Positions 37,889 through 46,455 of a stretch of 50,480 bases of DNA are shown here, one piece after another. The translations under genes were made by a program, and so were the position numbers. The stretch comes from a virus. Lineage: Duplodnaviria > Caudoviricetes. The notes beneath the pieces were generated by a model. That model did no database searches. It was not told the origin of the DNA and saw nothing but the letters and a program-made list of their open reading frames with translations. The stretch is taken from IMG/VR virus record IMGVR_UViG_3300036794_000036, positions 1 to 50,480 of that record; one strand, given 5' to 3'. The number at the start of each line of letters is the position of its first letter. Position 1 is the first letter of the stretch.

Positions 37889-37990
37889 TTCGGGCTCCTT
37901 TGTCTATATGTGAACTGATCAGGTACTGCTGTACTGCACTCACTTCTTACTCAACAGGGGATGCCCGAAAACAGGGTAGGCTCGCTCGGC

Positions 37991-37996
37991 TATACT
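37991..37996 (+). promoter_or_regulatory. -10 element, leaderless (TATACT-N7-ATG)
   Basis: The hexamer ends 7 nt before ATG 38004. Confidence 0.5.
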
Positions 37997-38003
37997 GCGC
38001 TGC

Positions 38004-38689
38004 ATGGGACACGATCCCCACGTATCAGGACTCCTGACAGGCGGCGGCGTGCGCGGTGCTCGCCCGCGAATGAACGTGATCCGGGGCGGTCATCTCAAGC
38101 ATGAGGACTTCCCCGATGCGCACATTACGGACTCTAGCATGCGCACATTACGGACTCTAGCCAGATCCAATCCGAAATCCCAGAGTTCGATCCAGCCCTC
38201 GAATCCGAGTATTCGGCGCGCGAGCTACTACTGCTGGCCGAGAAGATCCTGCTGGAAGACCCGAAGCCTGCGCACGAGCATCCTGCGTGGCTCAGCGCCC
38301 GCAAGCTGCGTCAACGTCAGCGACGCGAGATATACGTAGCCAATGGCACCCCAGACCCATCCGTCGTGTCCGGCATGTACTGGCGCACCCATCCTGCCGG
38401 ACGACCATGGGTGTCCGAGGATATGCGCAGAGGCAAGGGGTCTTCGTTCTACGCCTCGCTCAAAACCAGTAGTCGTCCTCTTGTTCCGGCTCCCCTCCCC
38501 AAAGAGGAGATGCTGATGCTATGCGAGTTCGGGTGTGGCTATCCTACGAAGGTCAAGGGCCTATGCACTGCGCACTATCAGCAGGCCCGGAGAGGCGAAC
38601 CGTTGCGTCCAGTGAAACGTCACTCTGGCAAGTCCAAGCTTGCTCAACGCCTTGAGGCGCAGGTCGATCGCATGGCCGCAAGATCGTAA
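38004..38689 (+). pseudogene. frameshifted paralog of 4390-5007 with C-terminal Zn finger
   Basis: Removing one copy of the 23-bp duplication joins 38004-38138 to 38162-38689 into a single 220-aa ORF. Confidence 0.8.
38116..38161. repeat. perfect 23-bp tandem duplication ATGCGCACATTACGGACTCTAGC x2
   Basis: Bases 38116-38138 are identical to 38139-38161. Confidence 0.97.
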
Positions 38690-38695
38690 CTAGGC

Positions 38696-38726
38696 AAAAA
38701 GAGAGGCCCGCCGGAGCGGGCCTCTC
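38696..38726 (-). terminator. intrinsic terminator after the major capsid gene
   Basis: 11-bp stem GAGAGGCCCGC/GCGGGCCTCTC with a 4-nt loop, followed by T5 on the minus strand. Confidence 0.85.
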
Positions 38727-38751
38727 AGTACGACTATCAGGCAGTGGAGTC

Positions 38752-39870
38752 TTACAGACGCCATTCCCCGGTGCCGCTCGTGACTCCCGTGCCTGTTCCC
38801 AGACCTGAGATGTTGAGCTTGGCCGGTGCAGCGTTGCTGCTTGCCTTGACGATGCGGGACAGTCCGCGAGGGTTGAGGATGAGCATTCCTACAAGCTCGT
38901 CCATGACCCAACCCTTCCAGAACTGCTCGACCTGGTGGTTCTCCTCGACATCGAGAGAGTACATGACCGGGAAGACCCCGATGAACTCCGGCTCGGCTGC
39001 GAGAAAGACCTCACCCTGCGGGATGATGATCGAACGCTGGATCTGGAACTCGCCGAAGCTCGTGATGCGGCCTCCTGCGAATACCTCGTCCTTGAACCTG
39101 AAGCCCGTGACGTTCAGGTCCCAGTTGTAGAGGTCGCGAATGTCAGCCGGGTGGGCCAGCACGCGACGTGCCTCTAGCTGATTGATTTCGATCTGCGAAA
39201 CAGCGTTGTAGAAGTCGGCAGGCTCCAGAGGGTTACCTTCGCCAAGGAGAACGGTGTGTTCGTTGACGTTGGCTTCTGGTCCTGACGCTACTCCAACCGC
39301 GCGACCACCTGTCGGTGCAAGTCCTACCGGACCTTCACCAGCCTGTGATTTCGTGATTGCTTCGCCGAGTCCGACGATTGCCTGCTCCAGGAGCAGGACG
39401 AGACGTGCGTCCTCCTGCTTCTGAATGGCCTGACGTGACTCGTCCTGGGCGTATTCGACTGCGTTCACACGGAGGTAGTACAGGTCCTCCTTGCGGATGC
39501 GTGGGAAGGTGGCGAGCCTGAAGAGGCTCGGGAATGCCTGCCTACCCTCGAACGGGGTGATCTTGACCTCTGCGTCTGTGCTGTTCAGCACGTATGCGCG
39601 GCCCAGGTCGTCCAGGATGTCGTAAGGCATGAGGGGTCCTCGCTCCAGCGTGTCCTCCACGAGGACGTTGCGGACGATTCCCTCATAGCGCAGACGGATC
39701 TGGATCGGTCCGATCATGCCCTGACCGATGCGACGCATCGCGTTCCCCTTGTCTGCGAGGATCGATTCAAGACGGCCGATCTTCTGTTTCTTGGAGAGCT
39801 TCGGAAGGTCCTTCAGCTTCTCCTCGTAGTCAGCGGATGCCACTACTTGTCGTTGAAAGTTCTCGTACAT
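38752..39870 (-). CDS. major capsid protein (HK97 fold)
   Basis: MIGPIQIRLRYEGIVRNVLVED...AIQKQEDARL...GWVMDELVGMLILNPRG; follows the scaffold and decoration genes and ends in a strong terminator. Confidence 0.88.
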   Translation of the reverse strand: MYENFQRQVVASADYEEKLKDLPKLSKKQKIGRLESILADKGNAMRRIGQGMIGPIQIRLRYEGIVRNVLVEDTLERGPLMPYDILDDLGRAYVLNSTDAEVKITPFEGRQAFPSLFRLATFPRIRKEDLYYLRVNAVEYAQDESRQAIQKQEDARLVLLLEQAIVGLGEAITKSQAGEGPVGLAPTGGRAVGVASGPEANVNEHTVLLGEGNPLEPADFYNAVSQIEINQLEARRVLAHPADIRDLYNWDLNVTGFRFKDEVFAGGRITSFGEFQIQRSIIIPQGEVFLAAEPEFIGVFPVMYSLDVEENHQVEQFWKGWVMDELVGMLILNPRGLSRIVKASSNAAPAKLNISGLGTGTGVTSGTGEWRL

Positions 39871-39882
39871 TTCAGTGGCCTC

Positions 39883-40497
39883 CTAGATCAGCAGCCTGAG
39901 TCGCAAAACGCTTGGGTTGTATTCGACAACCGTTGCGATTTTAGTTTTGTTCGTGCCTTCTACGACGGTAAGGCGTCCATCTTTACCTGCGTAAAGGTAA
40001 ACGTCCTTGCCTTCTTTGTTTTCTGCTACCTTCGTGGCAACTTCTTCAGGGTTGAACCCTGGTGCCAAGAGATCGTAGACGGAATCTGGCCCCTGCCAAG
40101 CAGAGATGTTGCTGGTGTTTTTGACGCCATCAAACGTGCCACCAACCCACTGTCCGAGAAGACCGAAGACACCTGTCGCGGTACCGCCATCGGCAATCGC
40201 GTAGTTTTCTCCAACCGTCTTGACGAGGACTAGCCCCGGTGTCAGTGAGTTTTCGAAGGTGAAGGCGTTCGCTGTACGAGCGAATGGGCTAGCTGCGGCT
40301 GCACCTGCGGCAACTACACCAGCTTCATCCGTTTTCAGCGGAACGCGGATTCCTCCGCTAGTGTTTCGCAGTGACGGATCGAGATATCCTGACGTTGGGG
40401 TTGCCTGAGTCTGACCTTGGACAACACGCAAGAGACGTTTCTGGCTCGTCACGTTGATGTTTGAGGCATCACTTCCTACAGGATAAATGATCTCCAT
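39883..40497 (-). CDS. capsid decoration/cement-like protein
   Basis: Lies between protease and MCP; PGLVLVK...FGL...LYAGKDGRLT. Confidence 0.65.
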   Translation of the reverse strand: MEIIYPVGSDASNINVTSQKRLLRVVQGQTQATPTSGYLDPSLRNTSGGIRVPLKTDEAGVVAAGAAAASPFARTANAFTFENSLTPGLVLVKTVGENYAIADGGTATGVFGLLGQWVGGTFDGVKNTSNISAWQGPDSVYDLLAPGFNPEEVATKVAENKEGKDVYLYAGKDGRLTVVEGTNKTKIATVVEYNPSVLRLRLLI

Positions 40498-40614
40498 GTG
40501 ATGTTATTCCTTTGACAGAAGCGTTCCGTTATTGGTAAGCTTCATTCATTCTTCTGACGGCGCATATCGAAAAACATGTAACGCAATGCTTACCGAAAGG
40601 TAAGTCAGAGATGA

Positions 40615-43098
40615 TTATGCAAAGAGAGCCGAGTCAAGGGAGTCCTCGGCGACTGCCTCGGGCTCTGACTCGTCACTGGCGATCACGCTGTCGAAGCGCT
40701 TGGCTGAGGCGGTCGTCTTGCCAAATGCACCAGGCATACGGGTAACTCCCAATGTGCGCTGCGCAGCAAGCTTCCTCGTCCCTGCCGTCTTGACACGCGA
40801 GAGCATGTCCATCTGGGCGGTGATCTCCTCGTCGGTCTGCGGCGATAGCTCCGCAAGGCGCTCGTACTTGGCGTCTTTCTCGATCAGGCCGAGATCAACT
40901 TCCATGTCGGCGAGCTTGAGAGATGCGACGAAGTGTGATGTGAACCCATCGAACTGAGTATCGCTGACCTCACGGGTAACCGGCTCCTGCTGACGCAGCA
41001 CCTTGTTGCCGTCTGTGCCAGTCCACTGGCTCGTCGGGCCGGAGTTGTTCTCCGGAGTAGCTGTTGCCTGGAGGACATCGACGCGCTCGCCGAATTTCTC
41101 CGCAACAGGCTGTACGCCCTTGACGGCAGTGCCGCCAGAGAGTCCCGGCTGGTCGTAGAACGGCTTGGAGTCGTACGCTTGGCGCGTAGACGATCCCTTG
41201 TTCTGAATGCCTTCAAGACTCTCGCCTGTGACAGCATCGCTGACGCCTTTCTGGGTTCCATCTGAATCTCCGAAAGTTGCGGTCGGGCCGCTGTCCTTGA
41301 CGGTCTTGGTAGCGTCGAAGCCTGAGTCGTCCGATGTCTCGGATGCGGTCGGCAAGCTCTCCGTCTTGTCAGCGTCAACGTCTGTGACGCCGGTTGAACC
41401 TACGCCTTGTACATCGACCTGTGCGTCTGCCGTGGATGCTGCCTCGTTGCTGGGCTCAATGACCCCACCGACGCCAGTGGCGTCTACCCGTGCATCAGGC
41501 GCAGCCTCCGGGCCAGTCGGACCATCAGCGGTGTGTGTCGTGCTCATGGTGTCTCCTGTGTGGTTTTGCTTAGCTGCCTCGATGAGGTCTTGTGCAGTGC
41601 GTGCGGCTGCCGTGACCGGCCTCTGCGGATTCTTGACTACAGTCGTCGTAGCGGGATCGTTAGAAGCGGGTGTCGTACCCGGAAGAAGTGGCTTCTCAAA
41701 CTGCTTGATTCGAGCCGCTACCTTCGGGTTTAGCTTTGGTTGCCAACGCATGTCACCCATTACACTTGCGGATGCACCGCGATTTCTAGTCTGTAGGAAG
41801 CTACCGGGTTGCTTGGCGTGTCCGGCTGGTCCTCCTGGAGGAGGCATCGGCTGCGCTTCACCACCCGGTACGGGCTGTGCGCCATGCGCCATCGCGTCGT
41901 CCTGCTGCACCTGCTGCTCACTGCCCTGAGCCATGTCACCCTGTAGCTCTTTGGCCTTGGTGAGGTCTGGGTTGTCCATGCCCTCAGGCGGCTCAACGTA
42001 ACCGCACACGTCACATGTCTCGCCGTCCATTGACTCACCACAGATCGGGCAGTTGTGCTCCTGGCGCATCGTGTCAACCTCTTCCGGGGCTGTCGTCTCG
42101 AAGGACTGGGGCAGAGGGTTCTCTGCCGTGTGAACTGAGCCTTTGTGCATCATCATGGCCTGGAAAGAATCTTCCGCCTTCTCTTTGCTGTCGTGGGTGG
42201 AGATAATGGAGTTGTCGCTGTGTTTGTGAACGGCCCACGGTTTGTCAGCCGGTCCATCTTTCTTGATGAACTGGTTGGCGATCTTCTCCAATCCCTCATC
42301 CTCTACGCTCGCGCGGATTTCCCGAGCGAGTGCTGTCTCATCGGCAGGATCGAACACGCCACTGATCTCGAAGAAGTGAATGCCGTAGCAGTTCTCATAG
42401 CTCTTGCGAGAGATACGTTTGCCATCGGCGGTCTTGTAGTCGTGGTGCGCGCCCTTCATCAAGATGTGTGAGCAGTACTCGTCTGGGTTGGTTGCTTCGT
42501 GACCGCAGTGTGAGCACTTCGAGCGCTCGACATCGCATCCCATCGAGAACTCATCGAGGTCGCCGTTTCGGATGGCTTTGGCATAGACCGGGAAGCTCTT
42601 GGCGTCGATCTCAAGGAGCAACTCAACCTCGGTCGGCGGAGCATGCTCTGGGTCGAGGCTTGCGCCAGTCCAGTAGTCATCTCCAGAAGCAGCAACCTTC
42701 TCGATCGGGAGTACGCGAAGCTTGCTGTCTACGACGACACCGCGCGCTCGTCCTGGGTCCGAGTTGTTGTGGTCGATGAAGTTGGGCTTGCCCATGAAAG
42801 TGGCGAAGCCGAATTCTCTGCTACCGTCTGCTGCCTCGACCGTGAAGCCGGATGAGGACTGCTTGGCGTGGCGCTCGAAGATGTCCGGTCCACCGGCAAG
42901 CTCGACTGACGGCCATCCGTCATTGTTGCGGTTTACCCTAGAACTGATCGCACGAAGCCTGACGTAGAGATACCCATCATCTGTCCTGTAGTCATGAAAA
43001 TCTGATAGCCTCTCTAGAGAAGCATGGTGTGCCTTAGTAGACGAACCCTTTACCTCCAAGACCTCGGCATCCTCGAAAGCGGCAAACTTTGTGAACAT
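40615..43098 (-). CDS. prohead maturation protease fused to scaffold-like region
   Basis: FMGKPNFIDHN, DEFSMGC, CSHCG...YCSHI insert and FFEISGVFDPAD; low-complexity C-terminal half. Start ATG 43098 is inferred. Confidence 0.8.
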   Translation of the reverse strand: MFTKFAAFEDAEVLEVKGSSTKAHHASLERLSDFHDYRTDDGYLYVRLRAISSRVNRNNDGWPSVELAGGPDIFERHAKQSSSGFTVEAADGSREFGFATFMGKPNFIDHNNSDPGRARGVVVDSKLRVLPIEKVAASGDDYWTGASLDPEHAPPTEVELLLEIDAKSFPVYAKAIRNGDLDEFSMGCDVERSKCSHCGHEATNPDEYCSHILMKGAHHDYKTADGKRISRKSYENCYGIHFFEISGVFDPADETALAREIRASVEDEGLEKIANQFIKKDGPADKPWAVHKHSDNSIISTHDSKEKAEDSFQAMMMHKGSVHTAENPLPQSFETTAPEEVDTMRQEHNCPICGESMDGETCDVCGYVEPPEGMDNPDLTKAKELQGDMAQGSEQQVQQDDAMAHGAQPVPGGEAQPMPPPGGPAGHAKQPGSFLQTRNRGASASVMGDMRWQPKLNPKVAARIKQFEKPLLPGTTPASNDPATTTVVKNPQRPVTAAARTAQDLIEAAKQNHTGDTMSTTHTADGPTGPEAAPDARVDATGVGGVIEPSNEAASTADAQVDVQGVGSTGVTDVDADKTESLPTASETSDDSGFDATKTVKDSGPTATFGDSDGTQKGVSDAVTGESLEGIQNKGSSTRQAYDSKPFYDQPGLSGGTAVKGVQPVAEKFGERVDVLQATATPENNSGPTSQWTGTDGNKVLRQQEPVTREVSDTQFDGFTSHFVASLKLADMEVDLGLIEKDAKYERLAELSPQTDEEITAQMDMLSRVKTAGTRKLAAQRTLGVTRMPGAFGKTTASAKRFDSVIASDESEPEAVAEDSLDSALFA

Positions 43099-43666
43099 AT
43101 CAACGATTACTTTGCAGAAGACTGGCCTTTGCCAGTGCGATTGTGGAGGCACCACGGCTATCGCCAAGAAAACGAACACGACGCTTGGGCATATGCGCGG
43201 AGAGCACGTTCCCTTCATTAGCGGTCACAATCGACGCAAGAAGGTCCGCTACATCGAAGAAGATCGAGGCTACCGAACACCTTGCTGGATTTGGCAACTA
43301 GGCAAGACAATCTGGGGATACGGCACAACCCAGAGCAAATCGGCTCATCGCATCATGTACGAACGAACCGGGAAAACGATCCCCGAAGGTATGGATCTGG
43401 ACCACAAGTGCCGTGTGCGGGAGTGCGTCAATCCCGACCATCTCGAACCCGTGCCCAATGTCGTCAACGTCCAAAGAGGTCGACTGGCGAAGCTCGCGCC
43501 TTATGGTGTCTTGGCCATCTTCTTATTGGTCGAGACGACTACGCTTACAAAAGTCGAGATCGCAGACATCCTTGGCGTGAGCCCTGCGACCGTTTTCGCC
43601 GTCCAGCGCGGGCAGACGTGGAAGAACTACACGCAACCTCTTGACAAATGCCTTGTGGTGCTGTAG
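43091..43666 (+). CDS. HNH homing endonuclease with C-terminal HTH
   Basis: LCQCDCG, CWIWQ, AHRIMY, LDHKCRVRECVNPDHLEPV...N, EIADILGVSPATV. Confidence 0.9.
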   Translation: MNISTITLQKTGLCQCDCGGTTAIAKKTNTTLGHMRGEHVPFISGHNRRKKVRYIEEDRGYRTPCWIWQLGKTIWGYGTTQSKSAHRIMYERTGKTIPEGMDLDHKCRVRECVNPDHLEPVPNVVNVQRGRLAKLAPYGVLAIFLLVETTTLTKVEIADILGVSPATVFAVQRGQTWKNYTQPLDKCLVVL

Positions 43667-43669
43667 CCT
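43641..43669 (+). promoter_or_regulatory. sigma-A promoter TTGACA-N17-TAGCCT
   Basis: Perfect -35 with 17-nt spacer; GGGAG RBS before ATG 43710. Confidence 0.7.
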
Positions 43670-43709
43670 ATCGAACGATCATGACCGTAACATCCATAAA
43701 GGGAGATTC

Positions 43710-44666
43710 ATGAAGCGTTTTACGCTAGGTATCTTGGCCGCGATGGCACTACTTGCCATTCCGGCCTCAGCAAGTGCAAAGACAATCACTGCGTGTGAAA
43801 ACACGACGACGCACACTGTTCGAGTAGCGCCGCCGAAGTGTCATTCGGGCGAACACAATGTTCGACTGACCCCATTCATCCCATACATCGTGGTCGGCAA
43901 AACCGGTCCGCAGGGAGCCCAAGGTCTGCCGGGTATTCCTGGGGTGGCGGGGTCTATTGGCCTCGTGGGCTCGCAGGGAATCCAAGGTGCTCTTGGCCCT
44001 GAAGGACCCGCAGGAGCAAAAGGCGAAAAGGGCGACACCGGGGCCACAGGTCCTCAGGGCGAAGACTACTGCGCTCCGAAAGGCGAGCAGGGAAGCCCAT
44101 GCGTAGGTCCGCAGGGTGACACGGGTCCGGCAAGTACCGTTCCTGGTCCGGTCGGACCCGCAGGTCCAATCGGTCCTACAGGCGCTCCCGGAGTGAGCAG
44201 TCCGCTGGTATTCACGGACGCAGAAGTAACCGGCGATCCTGACTCGGGCGAATGTTCGAGCGAATGGGCAAAAGACAACTACGTGCGTACATTCACCATC
44301 ACACCGCAGCCGGACGGTTCGTTTGACGTAACCGTACTGATCAAAGGTACATTCACGACGATCATCGGAGCGAAGCAACCGGGTGCGGTACCATGTGGAC
44401 CGCTCATCGGATCAGAAGTCACCGGAGCGTTCTATGGCGACTACGTGATTCCGGTCGCCGCTGGATCGGAATTCGATCCGTATGCTACATACGATGGTTC
44501 AAACGTCGGGCTAGAAGCGGGCGTGAAGGCATTTGTCGAAGCAAAGTTCCCTGGCGTGAAAACGCTTGGCAGCTACGCATGGCAGTTCCACTACACCGCG
44601 CCTAGCGGTGCAGAAACGTCCTGGAACAATACGGATCACGGCAATACCGGCAATATCACCGGCTAG
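43710..44666 (+). CDS. secreted collagen-like protein
   Basis: Sec signal MKRFTLGILAAMALLAIPASASA; long Gly-X-Y tract; globular C-terminal domain. Confidence 0.85.
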   Translation: MKRFTLGILAAMALLAIPASASAKTITACENTTTHTVRVAPPKCHSGEHNVRLTPFIPYIVVGKTGPQGAQGLPGIPGVAGSIGLVGSQGIQGALGPEGPAGAKGEKGDTGATGPQGEDYCAPKGEQGSPCVGPQGDTGPASTVPGPVGPAGPIGPTGAPGVSSPLVFTDAEVTGDPDSGECSSEWAKDNYVRTFTITPQPDGSFDVTVLIKGTFTTIIGAKQPGAVPCGPLIGSEVTGAFYGDYVIPVAAGSEFDPYATYDGSNVGLEAGVKAFVEAKFPGVKTLGSYAWQFHYTAPSGAETSWNNTDHGNTGNITG

Positions 44667-44687
44667 CCTTAGCGGTTCGCAGAGAAC

Positions 44688-44721
44688 AAGGCCCTCGACG
44701 CCATCGGCGTCGGGGGTCTTT
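44688..44721 (+). terminator. probable terminator hairpin
   Basis: AAGGCCCTCGACGCC-atc-GGCGTCGGGGGTCTT with a short U tail. Confidence 0.6.
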
Positions 44722-44750
44722 GCGTTGCACTAGAACAAGCGTCCATGAGC

Positions 44751-44779
44751 TTGACGTAGCCCCTTGGACGGTGTATCAT
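44751..44779 (+). promoter_or_regulatory. sigma-A promoter, leaderless (TTGACG-N17-TATCAT-N7-ATG)
   Basis: Near-consensus elements; ATG at 44787 with no SD. Confidence 0.7.
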
Positions 44780-44786
44780 ATCCATT

Positions 44787-45431
44787 ATGAAAACTCTACG
44801 AAGCATCTCGATTGCCGTTCTCCTCTCCCTCGCCGTTGCTGCGCCTGCTGCTGCCTCGACCGTCAGCGTGAGTGTCTCGTCTCCCAACACGACTCTCGGC
44901 ACGGCCGTTAGCTACACGATCTCCGGCGAAGCCGAAGTCACCCAGACGTACGAAGTGCGCATGATCTCAACATCCTCGGCCAACTTCGCGTCCGCATGCG
45001 AGAACAAGAGTGCCGGTGTCACCGTGTACGAAAAGGAAGTCCAAGTCGAAACTCCTGGCGTCACGACGATCGCCTTCGCACACTCGGCCGAACTACCGCT
45101 CACGGACTACTCCTCGCTTGGCACGTACGCCGTGTGCGGTGTTGTGCGCATGGGGCGCGAACCGCATGTGGGAACGCCGTCCACGAGCAACGTAGCAACC
45201 TTCACGGTCAATGCTCCTGTGACACCCCCCGTGGTTCCTTCTTCTACCCCTCCTGCGCCTGCTCCGGTGCCTCTGGTGGCCCCTGCGGTCGTGCCTGCAA
45301 CGATCCACATCGCGCCGGTCACGAACTCGGCTCAGAAGCTACACACGGCGCTCGTGAAGTGCAGGAAGCAGAAGAACAAGAAGAAGCGCGTGAAATGTGA
45401 ACGCGCAGCTAAGACGGCTGCGCATCGTTAG
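44787..45431 (+). CDS. secreted protein with Pro-rich linker and Lys/Cys-rich C-terminal tail
   Basis: Signal peptide; C-terminus AQKLHTALVKCRKQKNKKKRVKCERAAK. Confidence 0.8.
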   Translation: MKTLRSISIAVLLSLAVAAPAAASTVSVSVSSPNTTLGTAVSYTISGEAEVTQTYEVRMISTSSANFASACENKSAGVTVYEKEVQVETPGVTTIAFAHSAELPLTDYSSLGTYAVCGVVRMGREPHVGTPSTSNVATFTVNAPVTPPVVPSSTPPAPAPVPLVAPAVVPATIHIAPVTNSAQKLHTALVKCRKQKNKKKRVKCERAAKTAAHR

Positions 45432-45603
45432 TCAGATCGATCAACAGCTTCTCACTGTCATAGGTAAGCGTCTTGAGCGTCTGCTTGCAGGCGCTCTCGC
45501 GCCGTTCATCAAGCCCCCACGACTCGATCAAGCCACAGAGACGACCGCGCAAACGGTTCATCTCGATGTGGATGTTGTCCTCAACCTGGGCGCTACTTGA
45601 CAT
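45409..45603 (-). CDS. hypothetical protein
   Basis: GGGAGG RBS; 64 aa. Confidence 0.65.
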   Translation of the reverse strand: MSSSAQVEDNIHIEMNRLRGRLCGLIESWGLDERRESACKQTLKTLTYDSEKLLIDLTNDAQPS

Positions 45604-45630
45604 GATTCCTCCCGTCTAAGACGGCTCGGA

Positions 45631-46455
45631 CTAGTAGGCTGAGATAAGAGCCTTGGCGATGCGGTGCCCGGTCTGCTCGTCAGTGCGGACTTGCGCCTGC
45701 TTGACTTTGAAACCAGTGCCGTAGGCCACTTCTTGAAGTTCCGCGTCCACGTCTGCTGCTGAGTAGCGATCAGGAACTCGTTCTTCGACCTCGAACGCAG
45801 CTGCGACGCCGATCAGGTCCTCCCACGGGTGCTGTCCGCCGCGAGCGATGATCGGGTTGACGTGCGAGAAAGCAGGAGCGCCGACTGGAGTCTGTCCAGG
45901 GGGAACCTCGCCCGGCTTGAGCGACTTCTCGTGATGGACCTCCTCGGGCGCAGGCGGCACTTCTCCGGCTGGAGGCGCACCATCCGGTCCCGGAGGACCC
46001 GCTGGCGGTTCTTCTCCAGGCACAGGGCTTGCACCTTCAGCGTCCGGGATGCCGAGCGCTACGAGGATCTTGTTGACGGCATCGAGCAGAGCGCCTAGCT
46101 CATGCTTCTCGCCACCCTTCTCCTTGTGCTCCTCGCCATCTGGTGACGGCGGATCATCGTCACTGCCGCCCTCGCCGCCATCCGGCTCCTCATCCTTCGG
46201 AGGGCCATCCTCCTTAGGTGGCTCGGTGTCACCAGGACCCTCGCTCTTCGGACCCGGAGCATCTCCAGTTTCATCGGCAGGGCCACCAAACGGTGAATCT
46301 GCAACGTGGATAGCTGCGACCCAGTGTCCGTCAAGCTCCTCGACGGTGATGTCCGTAGCGTCCTTGGGGAACTGAGGGCTGGTCTTAGCAGCCTCAACAG
46401 CCGCCTCACGAGTCATCGCGGTGACCTTCGGACCTGTTGCGAAAATGATTGCCAT
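45631..46455 (-). CDS. hypothetical head-associated protein, Pro/Gly/acidic low complexity
   Basis: 274-aa ORF in the head gene region. Confidence 0.75.
   Translation of the reverse strand: MAIIFATGPKVTAMTREAAVEAAKTSPQFPKDATDITVEELDGHWVAAIHVADSPFGGPADETGDAPGPKSEGPGDTEPPKEDGPPKDEEPDGGEGGSDDDPPSPDGEEHKEKGGEKHELGALLDAVNKILVALGIPDAEGASPVPGEEPPAGPPGPDGAPPAGEVPPAPEEVHHEKSLKPGEVPPGQTPVGAPAFSHVNPIIARGGQHPWEDLIGVAAAFEVEERVPDRYSAADVDAELQEVAYGTGFKVKQAQVRTDEQTGHRIAKALISAY

Noticed and set aside
38116-38161. 23-bp repeat as a mini-CRISPR array
   Set aside because: The two copies are directly adjacent, with no spacer.
40553-40605. Hammerhead ribozyme (CTGACGG...GAAA)
   Set aside because: The core deviates from CUGANGA, and I could not build the three required stems.
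43098-43218. ORF-track N-terminal extension of the protease (start 43218)
   Set aside because: It would overlap the HNH gene by more than 120 bp; ATG 43098 follows the shared GTAAT motif.
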